Assembly: GCF_009914755.1 (NCBI RefSeq)
Contig: NC_060932.1
DNA length: 64,000 nt
Reading direction: 5' to 3' (one strand)
Origin: the human T2T-CHM13v2.0 reference genome, Homo sapiens
Positions 55,069-64,000 of this stretch are shown piece after piece (the stretch's first letter is position 1; the number at the start of each line of letters is the position of its first letter). Below the pieces are notes generated by a model, which did no database searches, was not told the origin of the DNA, and was given only the letters and a program-made list of their open reading frames with translations. Position numbers and translations under genes: made by a program.

Positions 55069-56092
55069 TCAAATAAACCATTCTGTTGTTCCACAAATAT
55101 AAATGACAATTTTCCTTCTCATGTCATATTGACAGCCTAAGTTGAGGAAATCTAAATATAGAATGTGATGCAAATTCCATGCACAAATGCACACATCAGC
55201 ATGTACGTAAGGGTGCCCGATGTCATAACCAGAAAAGCATAGGGCAGTCTGCTGTCCCATCATGCAGAACCGCTGCAGCTGGACCATCCCACAAGGCTGA
55301 ACAGACAGAAAGGTGCAGTGACAGAAAGAGCTACTATCCAAGATCACGGGACACTGACTCCCTTTCAAAACCCACCTACTATAGCAGGACAAGGACAATA
55401 AAATGAGAAAGAGCATACTCCCAGTGCCGTCTGTGTGAGGAGGCTTCCCAGGGAGCCACCCATTCACTGTCAGCACTCAGGGGACTCTGCAAGGTTATCC
55501 CAGTGTAGAAGCCAAAGCCCCAGCCAGTGACTGTCTAAAAGGAGCCGAGTTCCCACTGAGGCTGCCGCGAAGCTGGCTGCCTCAGCCCTGAGGTCATGTG
55601 TCATCTCTGGCACCAGTAACTGGTCCGACGGTGCTGGGGGGCCAACACGGAGGACCAAACAGAGAGAGTGATTGGGCAGGGCAGGCGGAAACCCAGGGAG
55701 TGGCCAGGAATCAACACTGACTTCACAACCCTCAGGAGCAGGACAAAGATGTCCTGCTCCTTTTATGATGTCCCGGAACCATCTTTCTGAGGCCTCTTGT
55801 CTTGACATGTCACACCCAGCTGCCCTAGCTCCCAGGCGGGATGGTGCAGCCCAGCGTCTACCAGCCCTCACCGTCAGAGAGCCCAGAACAAAGCCTTCCG
55901 AGGGGCCTGCATTACTTTTGGGGATAAATGTTCAGAATATCAGTTTAGAAAATAAGAAATACTTAACACCTCTCACCTTCCAGCATGGATATGAAAAAAT
56001 CACACTGTTTTAAACACCTACATTTCTCATTTGCCCCAAACATTTCTTCCAAAAAAATCTAAATCCATCTTCCTAAATTTAGGCAGACAAGA

Positions 56093-56222
56093 ATTTTTTT
56101 GGTATAGATGCGGTCTTGCTATGCTGTCCAGGCTGGTCTTGAACTCCTGGACTCAAGCAATCCTCCTGCCTTGGCCTCTCAAACGTGTTAGAATTACAGG
56201 CATGAGCCACCGTGCCTGGCCC
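56093..56222 (-). mobile_element. FLAM_C-like monomer
   Basis: Left-monomer motifs. Confidence 0.75.
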
Positions 56223-56324
56223 AGAAACATTTGTAGCATGGGTCTGGTCCTTAAAATTATCAAAACTGCACCATACTGAAGTCTGTCAATCCAGTTTGGG
56301 TAGACGTGACCTAAAAAATAATCA

Positions 56325-56893
<569 letters not shown>

Positions 56894-57439
56894 AAATACA
56901 GAATTTTCTAAAGCTAATCTTCAGGGTAAGAAATGCTTTTTCTTTATTTCTGTTTCTTCCCCAGGTCTAGCTTTGACTTTACAGAAATGCTTTCTTTTTC
57001 TTTTCCCATATCCAATATCCCTGCTTGCTAATACCTCCTGTTCACATCCAGGTTCCTCCAGCTTTGTAACACTGGCAATTTTATCGCCCTCGTATTTTAA
57101 TTATTTGCCTAAATTCTCCCTTAGTTGATAGCAAAACTTTTTGGAAGTTTTAGCTTGCCTCAGGCTACAAAAAAAGGAATTACGCACAAATCCTACCTAC
57201 CTCCCACCACCCTCTACCCCATGGGCCAACGGAAGGTAGTGCCCCTCCCCAGCGTGGGGACATCAGAGGCAAGCTGAGGCGGAGGGCAGGGCCACTGGAG
57301 GGTGCGAGACACGCATCTGGTGCCACACTCTGGAGGCTGTGGTTTTATTAGTAACAATAAATTATTTTCTTCCTCCTATCATTTCATGTAATTAAATTTC
57401 ACTGTAATCATCATTTACGACACACTACATTTTAACCTA

Positions 57440-57652
<213 letters not shown>

Positions 57653-58450
57653 TTAATATGCGGCATTCCATTCTGGAAAGCATTTTTTAACTCAAGTTCA
57701 TTTATAAAAGAAATCTGGCATTTTACAGGAGTCCGGCTCCTGTTGAAAGCCCTGTGATTTTTCAGAAACAGGTAACAACAAAGGCTGACCTGGCAAGAGG
57801 ACCAGGCACCGCCGGCGCTGCAATCTCAGAGTTGCCGTCCAGGGTGCAGGCTGCTAGCCACCATGCCCCATGCATGCACCTCTGCCTTCCTCCCTGGAGC
57901 CTCCATGCCTAGGACTCTTTATCTGAGGCCCTGGACAGGGGTCGCCTGCAGGGCAGGGGAGCAGCATGAAGGTGCTTTCCCCACTCCGACTCAGTATCCA
58001 GTGCTTTCTGACTCAGCTCTTCCCTATAAAACTGCAGAGCCTCCTGTTCAGGGCCTCTCAATGGTGAGACGGCCCTTGTCTGTGCTAATCCATCTGGCTG
58101 CTGAGCAGTGCACCACTCTAGGGGCAAACAGAACAAGGGGAGTCTCCCTCCAGTGTTAGCCTCTCACTCCCATGACTCCAGAGTGAGTAAAAGCTTCACG
58201 GCAACCTTTCTGGCTTGCTGTTGCTTTATTCAGCTACCTCGAGCCCGGCAGTTCCACTCTCTTGAGTTCAGCTGAGCCACTGACAGCTACATCAATCTCT
58301 TTCAACGGACCCTTGTTAAACTGAACCCCTCTTAATTTTTTCATTTTATTAAGCAGAAAACAAAGTATTTCATTACACTAAGACAAAGAAATCTAAATTT
58401 GGTTAACTGTGAAACAAATGAGATAGGTACATCCAGAGACAAGCGTGTGA

Positions 58451-58783
<333 letters not shown>

Positions 58784-59341
58784 CCCGCATGTGTATATTA
58801 TATTTAATACAGACTGTTCTTACCATCTCCTCACATGAAAACGTTTGTATGCTGTCAGTGTCCACAGTTTTAAATGAGTAGGCAAAGCACCAACACACAC
58901 ACACATGTCTACACTGGTGGGTACTGCATTTGCCTCAACATAACATGGTGTTATCATCTGGCAGCTACTGCTTTAGCCCTAATCTTGCCATTGCTGGTAT
59001 TAGTCAATACTCTGGGAGTAGAGAAGATGGCACAAATGCCAAAATCCAGGGACTTCAAGGCAGGAGTCCTCAGAGCCTCCCATTCAGGGTTGGTTGAAAT
59101 TCAGTTTACACATAGTTTTAATAAATTTGCAATCTCATTTCTAAGGCAAGTAAAGGCAGCAAACAAAACAAAACAAACACCTGACAGCTTCATAATAAAA
59201 GCAAGGTCAGACGAATTACCAAAGGCAAAGGAAACAAAACAAAACCAAAGCAGGCTGAGGCCATTTGGTTTAGGAGCACACCAGCAATGTAGCAACAAAT
59301 GCTGAAAACCATAGCACAGTCAGTGAGAGGGACCTGAATTA

Positions 59342-59554
<213 letters not shown>

Positions 59555-59684
59555 CTACAAGAGGATGTAAAAGTCAAACATCAAAGAATGGTCTTAAATT
59601 GCCAAAATATTAATACAAGACTGTATCTTCCATCAGCTAAAATTTTATACTATGACTGGACCTAAAGCCAAAAGCGAGGTAAGC

Positions 59685-59925
59685 ACGTTAAAGTGAAGGC
59701 ATTAGTGTGGGCCCTAATCAAATATGACTGGTGTCCTTATTAAAAGAGGAAATCAGGACACAGAGACAGATACAAGGGGGAAGATGAGGTGAAGACACAG
59801 GGAGAATGCCTGTGACACACCACATAGTGCTTGAGGCTGCCGGATGCTAGGAGTAGCCTGGACCAGGCTCTCTCATAGCTCTCGAAGGAACCAACCCTGC
59901 CAGCAGCTTGATCTCAGGCCACGGC
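59685..59925 (+). mobile_element. MLT1 (MaLR) LTR fragment
   Basis: gtgggccctaatcaaatatgactggtgtccttat..aagaggaaat; gaaggaaccaaccctgcc..cttgatctcag. Confidence 0.8.
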
Positions 59926-60761
59926 TGTCTGAGTCCCCCCAGTATGGCACCCTGAGACCATGTGCCCAGGGTGTGAAGAATCAAGTGAGCCCCGAGGAAA
60001 GAAGGTGCTGCTGCAGCCCTAGAGCAGCCTGTCAGGGATGTCCTGACAGACTCGCCATGTCTGCAGAGCTGCCCAGAATGACCTTCTACGGAGCCAAGTG
60101 GATGGTGTCACCCCACCACTTAGTGCCCTTAGTGGTTCCCTGGTGCTCAATGAATGAGCCCAACCCTCTGCATAGCTCTGGATGGCCTGGCCTGGCTCTG
60201 GTCCAGACCACACTCCCACAGCCCAGGCAGTCAGTGCAGACCTGCTTGGCTCACCCAGGGACCACCCGTGCTATGCTACTCCTTCCCTGCCTAGTGCAAA
60301 CTCTCACTGCACTTCACCACGTCTAGCTCAAAGGCCTTTCCAAAATGGACTCCAAGATGCTCCTACCTCACGAACTCAGCAATTGCCTAAGAGTCCGCTG
60401 TTTTTCATATAGAGTTAACAGGAATATTTTCTCCCCCGCTCCACCCCCCGCTTTTTTTTTTCCTACTATAAGGAAAGAACGTTGGCAGCCGTAAGAAAGC
60501 AGCTACATGTACTTTATACAAAGACCACTTCTAACTCACGAGAGGTGAATTTACATATGTTAAAAACGATAAAAGAATGGTGATGAACAAGTAGATAAAT
60601 ATTGGGTGGCTAATCAGAGAACAAAAATGTCATGCTCTGCCCCTTTATATTTTCCTTTTTTGTGTGTGTTTTTAAGTATATTCATAGAATTGCAATTGAT
60701 TCATTCATAGAATTGAATAAACAGACTTACAGAATCTATTCAAAGAATAAAGAAATAATCA

Positions 60762-60890
<129 letters not shown>

Positions 60891-61103
60891 CTAAAATAAA
60901 ACATTCAAAATTACCTTAAAACGTGGAATAAAATAATGATACATTTTGATATTATGGGAAAACAAGGACAAAGTAAGACATGAACAAAAAAAAATCACAT
61001 TTATTTGATAAGCAGTTTGGTTTTGTTTTCAATATTAAATGTTCATTCTCAGTATGACACCAATGAATATAGTATTAACAGGTAAGATGAGTGGGAAAAG
61101 CAC

Positions 61104-61241
61104 CTCTTCTCCTTGAGGCGGGCCCAGGCTTCTGTGCATGTGCTTGACCAGGGCCGTCAGGGGCGCCATGCACTCATGCCGATTGAGCTCGTCCATCTCC
61201 AGCTCCAGCACATCATCATGCACCGTGGGGTCCCGCTGCTC
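61104..61241 (-). CDS. PRKDC: DNA-PKcs exon (~47): [46 protein letters not shown]
   Basis: 138 nt; acceptor tcgcag|GAG, donor GAG|gtgctt. Confidence 0.95.
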
Positions 61242-61474
61242 CTGCGAAAGGGAGGGCCCAGGAGAGCAGAGGGTACAGTTAACATTCAGTGGACAAGGCA
61301 GTGGATGTGGGAGGCTCTTTCTGGGGCAACAGCATATAACAAACACTTAGGTAATAATGATAATCTGATAATAATATCAAATACACTCACTGTACAATTA
61401 ACAGATAAGAAGGATTTCATGTCTTCCTTGCATCCCAAGTACATAGTCCCCGTCCCGTCTGCCCAGTCATTCCA

Positions 61475-61660
61475 CAGGGTGGCTCCTGAGGTCAGATGTC
61501 TCTGTTACACTGACCCCTGACCCCCATCTATGGTCACTCCTCAGGGTGGCTCCTCAGGTCAGATGTCTCTGCTATGTGACCCCCTGAACCGTCTGTATGG
61601 TGACTCCCCGGGAGTGCACCTCAGGTCAGAGCATCTTTGCTATGTTGACCTCTGACCTCC
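61475..61660. repeat. Three-copy tandem repeat, 67-bp period
   Basis: Units start at 61475, 61542 and 61609 (cagggtggctcct(g/c)aggtcagatgtctctg(t/c)ta...tgacccc); the third copy is more diverged. Confidence 0.85.
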
Positions 61661-61823
61661 TACTGTGCTGATGATATCTGACTGCTGAGTCTACAGAATA
61701 AAAGGCTAGGAATTAGATCTTGGAAAATTCTCCAAATTAACTCTATACTCCGAGGGTTGTCAATGGACAGAGAACTGGCTTCCTGTAGTAACAGCAAGGC
61801 ATAGCTGTGACCCCCTTTCTTCA

Positions 61824-62057
<234 letters not shown>

Positions 62058-63133
62058 TTAGTAAGAAATGTATTTCTCTAAATTCAAATGATATGAAAAT
62101 TAAAGCACATTTTAATCTAAGGTTTTCATCAAGCCAGTGATTATTAACCTATTATCCAGATTAAGAAAGCAAAAAAGAAATGGGGAAAAGACCTCATTTT
62201 CTTTTTGTTGTTATCAAGCAGTTATTCTGTCATAGACAAGGAAATTGTTATACTGGTCCAATTTTGCATATGATTAACACATTTTCTTTGCATTTAAAAT
62301 TTTGATGATGTACATTTTGCCCATTAAGTCTAACAAAAATGTGGGAAGAAATACCACTGAAAAGCAGCTAATCCAAAACACCTAAGAGATTTAGAAAACT
62401 GGTCCAAATTTTATTCTCATATCAAGAAATGATGATAAAGCTATAAGGAAAAATTAAGCAAAAAACAAAAACAAGGAGCATATAGAGGGATAGTGGACTA
62501 ATTTTAAATAGGGAGGCCAGGAAGAGTCTACTTCAGGGGTTGACATTAAACAAAATGTCATGAGGTATGCTAATACCTGGGGTTGAGGGTATTAGAGGAA
62601 ACTGCAAGTGCACACGACCTAGGGCAAAAGCAGGCCTGGCGCCTACAAGGCACAGGCAAGAGCCATATGCTGGAGTGAGCAGTAAGAAGGGCTGCAGGGG
62701 AGGGAGTCGGCAGGTCAGGGGCCTTGAGCAGCTCTGTCCTGCCGGAGATGGGAACCCACAGTGAGGCTGGGCACAGAAGAGTGGCTCGAAAGGACTTGTA
62801 TTCTAATGTAGACTTCTGAATGTATCTAAACAACATACAAACACAATCCATATGCAAACAATAAGACACCAAGCTAATTTTGTATTTTTAAAAAAGTGTA
62901 ACATATCTGAACCCCGTCTGGCCACTCTGAGACCTTTCTATGCAGCTAAGTTTAGCTAAGTACATTTCTTTCAAAATATAATTCCATTTGCCACTTAAAA
63001 TACTTTTTCAAAGTCAATTTCAATGTTTTAGGGTACTTAAAGTATTTTCTATTTACATAAAAAATACTTTACTCCTCTATTTGTCTTAGAACAAAACAAA
63101 ACAAAATAACCCATCGATTTGAATCCTTTCTCA

Positions 63134-63226
<93 letters not shown>

Positions 63227-64000
63227 CTATTGGGAAGAACAAATAAACAATGTAAAACATTTTATAATAATAGTGATACTTTTTCTGTTTTAGTAGCAAT
63301 CTGGCAAAAAAAAAATTATAAATTTTTAAACAAAACAAAACAAATTTAAAAGCACTCAAAAATAACCTCAAAAAGAGACTAGTGAGTGTCCCTTAAGGAA
63401 AGCCCTTCCTGCAGATTCCCACAGAACTCGGCCCAGGCACTTAACCTCCATCTCAGCTCTGGTACAGCTCACTGCGTACAGTGTGTACCAAACTCTTATG
63501 CCTGGACTGCTGATAAATTCTATTTATCTCTGAACCTCAATTTATTCAAATCTAGTTATGATATATCATAGTGCTTGTAATTGTTGTAAAATATAGAAGT
63601 AACATACAGCATGTGTCTACACGCTTAATAAACTGGTGCTAATTTTGTTGTTTTTTAGTTCTTTGAACATATGCCTAGAAAACAATCCTAGTCTTGTTCA
63701 GAAGAAGTACAAGGCAGGATCAGCATTCACATGTAGTGGTGAAGCACTAAGACATGGTAGAGGTCAGCAGCTGTGTGGGGAAAGTGCACGCCATGGTGGA
63801 TGAGCTCAGCTCTCTGCCCACCTTCCCATTTCCAATGGGTGCTGAAGGCAGCAACCACCACATTCTCACCAACTGCCCAACTGCTGAGGCTGGCATGTCA
63901 ATCTGAGCTTGGCTAAAACAAACCTTGTCCCATCTGCCAGAGCAAGTCTTCCAGTTAACCCATGACTTTTCCATGATCCTGCCACGTTGCCCAAGCAAGG

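Noticed and set aside
60891-61103. 213-nt (3n) intron as a second in-frame retention candidate
   Set aside because: It contains an in-frame stop; the ORF through exon ~47 ends at 61035
61475-61660. Repeat array as CRISPR-like
   Set aside because: Whole units repeat without unique spacers, the context is a eukaryotic intron, and no cas genes are present

Overview
Human (or very close great-ape) genomic DNA lying entirely inside PRKDC (DNA-PKcs), which is on the minus strand. I resolved 29 consecutive GT-AG coding exons totalling 4473 nt (1491 codons). They splice into one open frame covering about residues 1996-3486, which by recalled numbering is exons ~45-73. This span includes the PQR cluster (S2056), the ABCDE cluster (T2609), the JK cluster, the caspase-3 DEVD site and the start of the FAT domain. 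The introns are dense in repeats: about 40 Alu/FLAM elements, two near-full-length old L1s, a truncated L1PA, MaLR LTRs, Tigger-family MITEs, and L2/MIR remnants. I found no new multi-gene system. The features most worth follow-up are: a TSD-flanked orphan 3'UTR-like retrocopy; a nested Y3 RNA pseudogene; an in-frame, stop-free 75-nt intron; a 67-bp tandem repeat carrying DR1 nuclear-receptor motifs; an intragenic CpG-rich island; a T21 tract abutting a splice acceptor; and a very young AluY. Exon boundaries were read directly from the sequence. Repeat boundaries and subfamily names were judged by eye and are approximate.
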